DNA of 64,000 nt from Eledone cirrhosa (lineage: Eukaryota). Under the pieces are notes generated by a model, which was not told the origin of the DNA, did no database searches, and saw nothing but the letters and a program-made list of their open reading frames with translations. Where the stretch lies: positions 52,328,001 through 52,392,000 of the forward strand of contig OZ024747.1 in the NCBI GenBank assembly GCA_964016885.1. The letters run 5' to 3'. A program made the position numbers and the translations under genes. Shown here piece after piece: positions 52,190-64,000 of the stretch; the first letter of the stretch is position 1; every line of letters begins with the position of its first letter.

Positions 52190-53020
52190 TGTGTATACTA
52201 TATGTACCTGTATATACCTATGTATATTATATGTACCTGTATATACCTATGTATATTATATGTACCTGTATATACCTATGTATACTATATGTACCTGTAT
52301 ATACCTATGTATATTATATGTACCTGTATATACCTATGTATACTATATGTACCTGTATATACCTATGTATATTATATGTACCTGTATATACCTATGTATA
52401 TTATATGTACCTGTATATACCTATGTATATTATATGTACCTGTATATACCTATGTATACTATATGTACCTGTATATACCTATGTATATTATATGTACCTG
52501 TATATACCTATGTATATTATATGTACCTGTATATACCTATGTATATTATATGTACCTGTATATACCTATGTATATTATATGTACCTGTATATACCTATGT
52601 ATATTATATGTACCTGTATATACCTATGTATATTATATGTACCTGTATATACCTATGTATATTATATGTACCTGTATATACCTATGTATATTATATGTAC
52701 CTGTATATACCTATGTATATTATATGTACCTGTATATACCTATGTATACTATATGTACCTGTATATACCTATGTATATTATATGTACCTGTATATACCTA
52801 TGTATATTATATGTACCTGTATATACCTATGTATACTATATGTACCTGTATATACCTATGTATATTATATGTACCTGTATATACCTATGTATATTATATG
52901 TACCTGTATATACCTATGTATATTATATGTACCTGTATATACCTATGTATATTATATGTACCTGTATATACCTATGTATATTATATGTACCTGTATATAC
53001 CTATGTATATTATATGTACT
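52190..53020. repeat. 29-bp minisatellite, about 28 near-identical copies
   Basis: Unit tatgtacctgtatatacctatgtatatta with an occasional tacta variant. Confidence 0.97.
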
Positions 53021-53220
53021 TGCATGTACTATATATACATGTATATACCCATGTATGTACGTGTATATAGCCATAACCCATATACAAGATATATTTAACA
53101 CTGATTACAGAAATATATAATAAACAATCTGAAATAGAGCCTACATTACACATCTGCCAGATGACTTACAAAAGAAAAAAAAGGGGATGATCGAGGAACC
53201 CCAAAAAATCCAGCCCAGCT

Positions 53221-53723
53221 AACCACCAAAGACAAGTGCACTCTTCTACAGTCCAGCTGACCACCAAAGGCAGGTGAACTCTTCTACACTCCTGCTGACC
53301 ACCAAAGACAAGTGAACTCTTCTACAGTCCTGCCGACCACCAAAGACAAGTGAACTCTTCTACAGTCCTGCCGACCACCAAAGACAAGTGAACTCTTCTA
53401 CAGTCCTGCCGACCACCAAGGACAAGTGAACTCTCCCACAGTCCTGCCGACCATCAAAGACAAGTGTACTCTCCCACAGTAATGCTGACCACCAAAGACA
53501 AGTGAACTCTCCCACAGTTCTGCCGACCATCAAAGGCAGGTGAACTCTCCCACAGTCCAGCTGACCACCAAAGACAAGTGAACTCTCCCACAGTAATGCT
53601 GACCACCAAAGACAAGTGAACTCTCCCACAGTAATGCTGACCACCAAAGACAAGTGAACTCTCCCACAGTAATGCTGATCACCAAAGACAAGTGAACTCT
53701 TCTACAGTAATGCTGACCACCAA
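53221..53723. repeat. 38-bp minisatellite, about 13 copies
   Basis: Unit gaccaccaaagacaagtgaactctcccacagtaatgct with variant tails. Confidence 0.95.
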
Positions 53724-54129
53724 GAAAAAAAACAGAACTCCTTTTTAAGCTCATGCTGAGAGTAGACCAATTCAGTAGTGGCATTTTTGCCAAGTGCCCC
53801 TATCTTTTGAAGAAATCACTAGAAGAGAGGGTAGAGATGATCTACCTCTCTCTCATAAACATGTCGAGGAAATTACTGTTTGGAAATGGTTTATATGAAC
53901 TGGGCATTAAATCCTTGAATTTCTTTAGTTATCAGAAAACACTGAACTGGAAGAAGCCATTAGCCAAATCTAAACAGCATAAGTAAAATCTCTCTCTACA
54001 CACACATACAAATATAAACACATCTAAATATTATGTATGTCTATGTCTATATATATATATATATGCACGCACACACACAGACATAGATATAGTAAGGAAA
54101 GCAGACAATAAATGATGGCAATGATGATG

Positions 54130-54460
54130 ACACACACACATACACACACCTACCTAGATATACACACACACACCCATACCCACATACATACCTACCTAAA
54201 CAGACACAAACATGCATACCTACATAGAACCATACACACATATACCTACTTACAGACACATGCACGCACACACACACACACACACACATACCTACCTACA
54301 TAGACACACGCAAACACACACACATATACCTACCTACATACTTACACACACATATGCCTACCTGCACAGACATACACATATACCTACCTACATACTTACA
54401 CACATACCTACCTACACAGGCACACACACATATACCTACCTACATACTTACACACACATT
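54130..54460. repeat. (CA)n / tacctacctaca compound repeat
   Basis: Repeated acacacatacctacctaca units. Confidence 0.8.
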
Positions 54461-54665
54461 TCATTTTCACATGTTTACAGAGATTAGGTTATTTGTGTGA
54501 TAGCACAGTTCTACTTTACATCAAATCTTAAGCTACTTTTTTCTTAGAGAAGAATTTACATAGAAATGTTTTCTGCTTTACTTCTTAATCCAGCATCCAT
54601 TAAGTCTCCTCCCCCTCTTCCTAACACACACACATAGATATATATATATATGTATGTATACATAC

Positions 54666-54714
<49 letters not shown>

Positions 54715-56261
54715 AAACATGCCCATACCAGCTTAACATCTTTTTTTTTATTTTACTACTACCACCATCACCACTATCACTAATCCCACTACCGCTACCA
54801 CCACCACCACCACCACCACCACAACTACTAGTACTACTTCTACACCTGCCACCACCATCACCAATATTACTACTTCTAATACTGCCACCACCACCACCAC
54901 CACCACCACCACTAATACTACTTCTCTGTTGATTCAAGCAACATTTTAAATTTGATGAATCCTCATATCATCTGACTGAACACTCCACCCCATATTTTTT
55001 TTGTTCTGATTGAAATAAATACTTGGCTTCTGTTATATATGGAATGGTGGCAGAGGGGGAGAGAGGGGGAGGGGGGTTATTGAGACACTGAGTTACAAAT
55101 GAAAACTTGACCAATAAGGTTTCAAAATTGAGCCATCTTATCCCAAGAGTCAATGTTTCTCGGTTTATTGACCATAAACTACTGCTTGCATATTTTGTTG
55201 ATTTAGTTTCTAGTGACCCCATGAAGCTTTTGGCTTTTTTTTTTTTTGCTCATAGATTTTACCCATGGCTCCACCTCAAATGTATCAGGACCCCCCCCCC
55301 CCCCTCCTTTCATTATGTGACATGACCAATGTTCTCTCTCACAACCACTCACCAGAATGTTTGATGTTTTAAGCCAAAATATTTTAAATTTAATGCAACG
55401 GAGCAGCAACGTTTTCACAATGTGTTATTGTCTATTTCACCATTTTTGTATTACAGTTGTTATCAGAGTTACTGTTCTCCTAGTATTATTATTAACTCTT
55501 GATACCAAACTGCCTGCTTCTACGATACAAAGATGTTTATTTTAAAGTACTTAACATATATATTTTTCTAAAAAACAGTCTAATAATGAGAAAGTTAATT
55601 ATGTTACTTCAAATTCTTGATGATTTTCATAATTAATTGAAAATCATAGGAAGTGTCTTTCATTAGAATTACGGTAAGAAAAGTGTTAAACTGGCATTTC
55701 CCCAGTCCTGTTTTATTTAACTTCTAAAATTAGAGTAGGTAAATTAAGGCCCTCATCGGTCATGAATGACCATGCTTTTGCCCCTAGAAAGTTTCCCTCC
55801 TAGGCACAAGTCTGGGCAACGTTTGTTTGACCAGCAGTCACCTATGCATACCATTCTCCCCTCTCCAAACCACCTATGTTGTCCAACAGAAAGGCAATAG
55901 CCAATACAGTTTGGCACTAGTGACATTGTAACTTATTTCTACACCTGAGTAAACTGGAACAACATGAAATAAAGTGTCTTCCTCTGGGACACATTACATC
56001 AGCCGATCCGAGAATCAAACTCACAACCTCTAAATTGCAAGCCCAATGCTCTAACCACTAAGCTAAGCGCCTTCACAGTATGTAAATAAATATAATATAT
56101 AATGTCTATCATATGTGTACATTTGTTTTTTTTTGTTTGTCCATAGGTTTTTCTCAGATAAATATGTGCAATACAATTACGTTACGGTTAATTTAAAGTA
56201 AACATAATGACAGGTTAAATTATTGCAGGGTGGGGAAGATTGAGGAATAAATGAAATTAAA

Positions 56262-56725
56262 ATAGGTTATGATGAAAATATCATTTTTTTTACAAAACGT
56301 GAAATTAATTTTTCTAATTAAAAAAAAAAAAAAAAAAAAAAAGCTATGATGAAAATTCATATTTTCGAGAAATGCAAATTAATTTTTTTTTAGAAAATAA
56401 AAAAATAAAAAACCTTTACTATGAAAATTTCTGTTTCACAGAAAAGCAAAATTAATTTTTCAAAAAAAAAATAATAAATAAATAAATAAATAAATAAAAT
56501 AAGATTATAATTTTAAATTTTTGTGTTTACAGAAATGAAAACTAATTTTTCTATTTAAAAATTAAAAAATATAGAATAAAAAAATTGTATTGTCCAACAA
56601 GGAAAACTTAAATCTTTTAATTAAAAATAAAAAAAAAAAGGTTATAAGGAAATTTTGTACTGCCCCAGGAAGGAAATTAATTGCACATATTGAAAAAATA
56701 AGGTTATAATGAAAACTGCTGTCAT
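56262..56725. repeat. Diverged AT-rich tandem repeat (~60-90 bp, about 7 units)
   Basis: Recurrent ggttat(g/a)atgaaaat...acagaaatg(c/a)aaattaatttt followed by poly-A. Confidence 0.65.
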
Positions 56726-57080
56726 GTATAAAATATGGTCTATACATGTTGTGCTGTGTCTTTGAGTAAGACATATTTCATGTTGCTCCAGTGGTCTGAG
56801 GACTTATCATACCTTTCCACTATACTAATGATATTGAAAACTCTAGTAAGACAACAAAATGATTTGTTGCTGAGGCTGCCTCTCATTTCTTCACATCAGA
56901 ATGAGACGGTGACATCTTATTGAAATCTATTGACCGTAAGGGTGGACCGTAAGTCATGCGCCAAAGCATGAAAAATATAAATTATATTGAAATAACAAAG
57001 GTATCATTTTTTTGATCGAATCCAGTGGTTAACATTTTGCATGACAGCTGACGCTTTTGGAGTGTGACTTAAAGCCCACC

Positions 57081-57111
<31 letters not shown>

Positions 57112-57230
57112 TAATGAAGGAGGTGTGGTAAGGAACCAGATGGACCATAACGCACCAGAGTACTCAATACAGAAATAGCCGTCGAAACGGCTTGAGCTCT
57201 GCCGTCGGGGTCTAACATTTTCCTATCCTA
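57112..57230 (-). mobile_element. Internally deleted family E copy
   Basis: Junction gtactcaatac|agaaatagccgtcgaaacggc; (TA)n flanks. Confidence 0.75.
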
Positions 57231-58964
57231 TATATATATATATACACTGTATATATATATATATAGTAAAATCACCACCTTTCCTATATTCATTGAACTA
57301 CACGCTACAATGAATGCAAGTGGTTTAAGTGATTAGGGTATTTGGCACACACTTGCAAGGTTGTGAATACGATTCCCAGTGACATGTTTTGTGCCCTTGA
57401 CCAAGATACTTTGTACACATGTCTGAGGAATGCTCAGTCTCTTGCACATTAATTTCACAAGCAGCATATATATTTCTGTTGATCATGAAACTGGAACACT
57501 CATCTTGGGAACTGGCAGAATTCCAAAACACACCTTAGACAAACTGCAGTAAATATCTGACATTGATTTCCTAACTAGGCTAGGAGGAGAAGGTAGAGGA
57601 GGAAGAAGGGGAGAAGGTGGAGAATATTCTTATAAAATTTAGTCCCAATTTCAGACACCCATAGCCTTTTATTTTCATTCTATTTAATTTTTTTTTTATA
57701 GCAATATATAAATGTTTAAAAATTAATACAGCAATTATTGTGAAGTGAGTTGTTTTTCTAGCAGTATGCAGTGCAGCATGGCAGTGTTGTTGTTAGCAGA
57801 CTTTCAGGGAATGGAGAGAGAGAGAATGAGAGAGATAGGAAAAAAATCGATGAGGATTAGAATATCATCAATACTCTTACCCTACCCTACCCTGCTACCC
57901 CCTCCCCTTAAGCAATCTTTTTACTTCCCTATTGAATGTTTGTAATGATATTAATATTCAAGATTAACAAAAACAAAACAGATGGGACATACAGACAGAC
58001 AAACAAACACAGAAACAGACACAAACACATATATAGGGTCCCAATTCCTAGATTGATAACCTATAATAAAGTTGTTGTTGTTGTCATTGCTATTGTAATA
58101 GAGCAATAACAACTGCTAGACACAGATGTTGAATATATATAGGTGCAGGTATAGCTGTGTAGTTAAAGAGTTTGTTTCACAACCACATGGTTTCAAGTTC
58201 TCATCCAATGCATGACCCTTAAGTGTCTACTTCTATAGTTTTAGATTGAACAGCAATACCCTGTGAGGGAAATTTGGAAGCCCACAGTATACATGCGTGT
58301 GTTTGTCTATACTGCTTGTTATTTTCCCATAGGTTATCGATTCAACAATAGAGACCGATAAAATAGGAAATAGGGTTACAAAGATTGACTAAAACCCTTC
58401 AAGTTGGTGCTCCAGCATGGCCTCAGTCCAATAACTGAAACCAATATAATGAGAGAGAGAGAGATAAGGGGGGTTATTAGATGGGTTTCTGGTTATATTA
58501 TATTGCTAAAAGGTTATGAAACTGATTGAAAAAAAAAAAAAGTAATGTAGTTTAGATAGATACGGTAAAGATAGTTTATTGCTAGAAACATTGTGATTTC
58601 AAAGACTTATTCCTTGGTCCACTTTAGGACAGAGTCATTTAATAAACATTAAATTTTGATCAATAACTCTCCCACCACTTTCTCTAAACTTAACAGACAG
58701 ATGTTGGGTTGTGTGTTTGTTGTATTGATGTCCTGCAGTAGTAGTTTTAAATTGAAAATGGAACTTGCAAAAAAGAAAAAAGCATGTAACCTACAACAAC
58801 AAGAGTTTTAAGGCCATTTTCATTCATTAAATCAGGGGTAAGCCACACAGACCTCATGATAGGTTTCAAACTTATCGTGGGCTCCTTTCCAAGATAATGT
58901 TTTATGGTCAGATGCTTTTACTGTACCAACAAAACCTCAATTTAAAATATATGGTACATGTATA

Positions 58965-59100
58965 CAAAATGGCTGGTCATGTGTGGGAATCCAGCCAGAT
59001 CAGATGGAAATGGTGGCTGCTTCTGACAGGACCAGCTGGAAGGAGTGTTTGAGGATTCTTCCCCCATGATACTATCAGAAAGATGAAGACGAAGAAGAGG
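58965..59100 (+). mobile_element. Decayed RTE-clade LINE 3' fragment
   Basis: Frameshifted W(A)GHV...IRW and AASDRTSWK motifs, followed by a (GAA)-rich tail. Confidence 0.45.
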
Positions 59101-60850
59101 AAACAATTTAGACTTCAACAGACATCTCTAGCATTGGTGGCACAATAAAAAGCCTCTAGTCCATGCTGTACGGTGATAGAAAGATTATACATTAAAAATA
59201 TGACAAGCACAAATATGATGATGTGGAGATCAGTTACATTCTCTAAACTGGGAAGATTGTGTGAAATATAACTGGTCACATGACAAAGGGGCAGTTATAG
59301 GCGAAAGGAAGATAGTTTGTACAATATATCTGCAGGTGTGCCTTGTTAATCATTAGAGAATGGTGAAAACTTTCAAGAATGTGGAATAAAAATTTATAGG
59401 GATAAAAGAAAAACAACCAGACAGTTTGTCTAAGAAGAAACCATATGTGAAAATGTTATAAAAATAATATTAATAATAATAACAATAATTATCATTATTA
59501 TCATCAAGATAGACGTTAAACGTTGATGATGATGATGATCATCATCATCATCATCATCAAGGCAACAACAGCAACAACAATAAAAAAAAAAAAGACTTTG
59601 TAAACAACAATAGCAGCAAGTTGAGACCAGTTTCTGAAGCTTAGAATGATTAAAAAGCCAGAATGAAAAGTGGTTGTTTTGTAATAATAAATAATGAAAA
59701 GAAACAATTCTACATATTTGACGTAACATGTCTTTTGGCTGATGGAATTATTTTATTATGTAGCGGCAATATAGAGAAAAGCTAAATGATGACGACAATG
59801 ATGATGATTATGATGATGATGATGATGAAATATCTGCTAATCATTCTTACATCAAAACAAAACTGCCAACTGCAAGATGGAAGATTAAAAATAAATAACA
59901 AACAAACGCATCTAAAAAAAAAGAGAAAGAAAAAAAAGCAACCCCAAAATTAATGCAAAATAAACAAATAAATGAACAAAATATGTTATATCACTTATAA
60001 TAAAAGGGATTTTGAAGCATTTAAACTGAAAGACTGATAAACAAGAGGATGATGATTGAGGCAGTGTCTCTTTTTAAAAAGCTAAAAAAACAAAAATCAG
60101 AAAGGCATGACGATATGATGATGGTTGACGTGATGGTGATAGTGATAATGATGACTGTGGTAGTGATGATGATGGTGGTAGTGGTGATGATGATGATGAT
60201 CATAATGAGTTAGGCAGTGTCTCTTTAGAAAGAAGCTCAAAAAGGAGAATAAGAAAGGCATTTGTATGGAATCGGTAGAATGAAGAACTTGCAAAAGAAG
60301 AAAATTATTGAAGAAAGCAATTGGGGAAAAAATGAGGGTGTGGTGGTGTGAGGGGTATCAATCAATTGAGTTTGATATTATTAATCATAAAATAATAAAA
60401 AAAATTAAGTAGAATGCCCCATTTCAACAAATTTAATCCAAGCCCTCTCCTCTTTTATCCCCCCATCTAAACCACTACCTCTTTTATTCGTCAAGAAATA
60501 AACAATCTGACAACTCTTGATTTAACTCTCTAATGAGGATTCAGGAGGCAGGCAGAAGGTGTATTTATTAATGTCGAAGGTCCATTAAAATCAGAGGTAA
60601 ACTGTATATTTTTTTGTAGAAATAATTTGAGAAACCTTCTTCAATACAATAAACCCCTAAACTCACGATATTGGGTAAGATGTATCTGATAATGTCAAAT
60701 GTGTGTTAAAGCTGTGGTTAAGCTGCATTTCTTTAAAAATAAACAATTTCAGAAACCTTCTTCAGTACAATAACTATTTGATTTGAAAAATGAAATGAAA
60801 TTTACATCTCACACGTAATAAACGAAATTATCATTAATATGTTATCATCA

Positions 60851-61665
60851 GGAGTGGTCGACTGGCAGTATCAGCAGAGTGTTGGACAATATACTTTGTG
60901 GCATATAGTTACATCCTTTTTACCTTCTGAGTTCAACTCCCGCCGAGATTAGCTTTGCCTTTCATCCTTACGGGGTCAATAAAATAAAGTACCAGTAATG
61001 CACAGAGGTCGATTTAGTTGACTTTCCCTCTTCCCCAAAATTGCTGGCCTTGTGCCTAAATCAGAAACCATTATTATGTGATATTATTAGTAGGGGCGGT
61101 GGATTGGCAGTATCGGTAGAGAGTCGAACGCCATGCTTTCCAGCATAGTTACGTCCCTTTACGATCTGAGTTCAAATCCTGCCGAGGTTAACTTTGCCTT
61201 TCATCCTTACGAGGTCGATAAAATAAAATACCAGTAATGCACTGGGTAATTGCTGGCCTTGTGCCTAAAGTAGAAACAATTATTAGTAGGGGCGGTGGAT
61301 TGGCAGTATCGGTAGAGAGTCAAACGCCATGATTCCAGCATAGTTACGTCCCTTTACGGTCTGAGTTCAAATCCTGCCGAGGTTAACTTTGCCTTTCATC
61401 CTTATGGGGTCGATAAAATAAAGTACCAGTAATGCACTGGATAACTGCTGGCCTTGTGCCAAAAGTAGAAACAATTATTAGTAGCAGTAGACTGGCAGTA
61501 TCCCTACAGCATTGGACAAAAGGCTTTGTGGTATTTAGTTACAACTTTTTATGTCCTGATTTCATATCTCTCAAGGTCAACTTTGCCTTTCATCCTTCCA
61601 GGGTTCAATAAAATAAAGTACCATAGTTTCATTGTCCCTTAAATGACTGGCCTTGTGTCTAAAAT
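60851..61665 (+). mobile_element. Head-to-tail array of 4 SINE copies
   Basis: Copies at about 60851-61075 (long form), 61092-61285, 61289-61480 and 61486-61665 (degraded). Confidence 0.9.
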
Positions 61666-62664
61666 GAATTGTGTGATATTACTATGGGATCCATTAAGCT
61701 TAGGGTTTACTGTTGCTGTGGTTACCTACTGTAACTGAACTGGGAGTGAATATAGAGCCTCACAGAAGACTTTGGAGATGTAAATATGAAATATTATCAG
61801 CAGAAGGAAACACAGAAGGAAAGAAAGAGAAAGACAGTGAGGTGAGATACAAAGGGATGGTGAAGAGAGAGAAAGAGAGAAAGGACATCTAGACAGAGAG
61901 GGAGGGACAGACAGACAGGGAGAAAGAGAGGGAAACAATGGAAAAACTCCTGCAAATCTTATTAGAATGATTAATTATAAATGGCTTTAAAAGAAAGAAA
62001 GAAAAGAACAAGAAAAACAAGAAAATGTGAAAATCAATAAGAAAATAAAATAGTAATATAAAAAGCTGGCAAATGAAATCAATATGTGGGTCAGATGGAT
62101 TCACTGACTGGCAGCAACATTTCAGAAAAATACTTATTTATTCAATATCTAAACTAAAAACTGCAACTATCTTACTGGGATGGGGATGATGGTGTGTGGT
62201 GATGATGATGGTGGTGGTGGTGGTGGTGGTGACGATGGTGATGATAAAGGTTGTGGTGGTGATGGGGATGGTTAGGGTAATGATGGTGGGGGGTTAGTGA
62301 TGGTGATGTTGGTTGTGTTGATGATAGTAGTGGTAGTGATGATGGTGGTAGTGTTGGTGATGTTGGTCATGTTGATGGAAGTAAAGTTGATGATACACAA
62401 GTTGTTTGAATGAGTGAGTAAGGGTTTAAAAAAGATATTTTTGTTTAAAAGATGATATATAGATAACAGACTATATAAGTGTGGGGGAGGGGAAAAACAA
62501 AAGAAATGGAACAGACAAGAACACATCACTGGGATATAGAAACATTTAACCTTTTTCTGACCATATTCTAACCAATAATATATTCTGCCTTTGTGTTTTA
62601 ATAATCAAAGTAATGAAGAATTAGGAGAGGTTTACTGAAATAACTTTCCACTTAATAATTCTTT

Positions 62665-62860
62665 CTAACACTGGCAGCAATTTGTGAGAAGGGGAAAGTC
62701 TATTATATCGACCCCAGTACTTAACTGGTACTTTATTTTATTGATCCCAGACAGATGAAAGGCATAGATGACCATAGCAGGATTTGAACTCAGAGCATAA
62801 AGGCCTGTACCTAAATGTCACAGCATTTTACCCAACATTCTACAAAAACTGTCCACCCAA
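62665..62860 (-). mobile_element. SINE copy nested in a TTAA-flanked element
   Basis: Reverse-complement core and ggatttgaactc B box. Confidence 0.8.
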
Positions 62861-64000
62861 CTTCAATAGTAAATGTGTTCCTTATCTATGATCGAAACGG
62901 TAAAAGGAACTTGTTGATATATGATAAATAGTTAACTATTTGTTATGTAGCTATAAAATTTCAGTCCAAGGTTTCAATTTAAATCTGAACACTTTTAACA
63001 TGGGTAGCATTGAGTGGGTTGGTGCTTAAAGAGTTAAGATATGAAAACAACAAAAAATGAAATTTACAGCTCACACCTATATAGGTTATTTAGCCTCCTT
63101 GAGGTGAGCATGGTTACTTGACCTGTCTTCTCTTGAAATATGATGACTTGTCCAGCCCATGCCAGCAAACAGATATATGATGATGATGATGATGGAACCA
63201 GCATGACACAGTTTGTGCCCAAGGCTGGTGTTTTTGTGCATTACAGGTACAATCCAACCAGGAGGCTTCCAAACACTTGGTTGTCTCCCACCTATAAGGC
63301 TTGGGTTGACGCAACATGCCATTCATCGTAACTGAACCTGGAATCTCAGGATTGTGAAGAGAATTTCTTAACCATATGGCTCAGTTGAGTTCACTGCTGA
63401 AGGAAATTTGAATACTGATTAGCAAACATCACCCATTGATGGATACATCGCCACCAATACATTTGGGGAGAAAGTGAACAGAATGTGTTAGATAAAATAT
63501 AAAGGTAACAAGACAATTGTGGCTCCAATAGCTATCAACGTGGATAATTCCAACACTTAAGGGGCTGCATTAAAAAAAATAACACCACCCCGGCTAAAAA
63601 AAAACAAAAAAACACCACCACGAGAAACCTCATACGAAATGTAACCTGATAGAAGGCCAGTTAAACCTACAAAGGTGTGAAATGTAATTGTTTTCCTTAA
63701 TGAAAAGCAAGCAGAGATAGTAATACCCAAATTAAAATCCACCAATGTTTGCAAACATGCATTCATATTACCTGCTTCAATCAATATTCATTAGTCTCTT
63801 AGTTACAATATTTCTGATGAAAGATACTGCCTATGATTTTCTAAGAATTTGGATGGATACACTTTGTTATTTTAAATCTGGTGTTTCAAGTATAGGCAAA
63901 CCAGGTTCTTACATAAAATTATGATTGAAGGTCAAAGTTAAAAAATATGAAGACTTTTAAATATATGGCTTTATATCAGAGAGCAAGGGGCAGTTCCAGG

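Noticed and set aside
52063-53120. Three overlapping 322-335 aa ORFs
   Set aside because: Artefact of a stop-free 29-bp tandem repeat; all three frames give the same YYMYLYIPMYIICTCIYLCILYVPVYTYV period.
53221-53723. CRISPR-like regular repeat
   Set aside because: Contiguous 38-bp units with no unique spacers, no cas genes and a eukaryotic context: a minisatellite.
54578-54937. Gly/Ser-rich 119-aa ORF containing LSWYGHV
   Set aside because: (CCA)n and (CA)n repeats with at most a tiny RTE-like scrap; not a gene.
60040-60265. Two related ggcagtgtctcttt...agaaaggcat blocks about 150 bp apart
   Set aside because: A simple local tandem duplication within (GAT)n repeats, with no further structure seen.

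Overview
Very AT-rich, microsatellite-laden eukaryotic DNA. The tRNA-derived SINE family and the (TA)n/(CA)n density suggest a coleoid cephalopod such as Octopus; this is inference. One protein-coding gene is supported: an intronless 1758-aa C2H2 zinc-finger ORF on the minus strand (36970..42246). It has 13 widely spaced fingers (7 near-identical 'CxxC.[10 protein letters not shown].Hk...HG' units), polyQ/polyP tracts and an N-terminal RRKQxKP (NuRD-recruitment-type) motif. It is preceded by a splice acceptor and a 55-codon uORF, and is possibly followed by a ~24.6 kb 3'UTR. The most striking non-coding signal is at 1.9-11.5 kb: at least six distinct families of short (150-470 bp) fold-back modules sit inside (TA)n tracts. 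Most carry a complete or partial type I hammerhead ribozyme, and many share a TTGAGT(A/G)C motif in their 3' tails. They look like Penelope-like pLTR or retrozyme remnants. Several hammerheads are non-canonical (U.U at the stem II base, a CAGAAGA core, a branched ~88-nt stem II). The rest of the window is tandem and dispersed SINEs, TTAA-flanked MITEs, LINE tail fragments and minisatellites. Nearly all small ORFs in the supplied track are repeat artefacts. Repeat boundaries were read by eye and are approximate.
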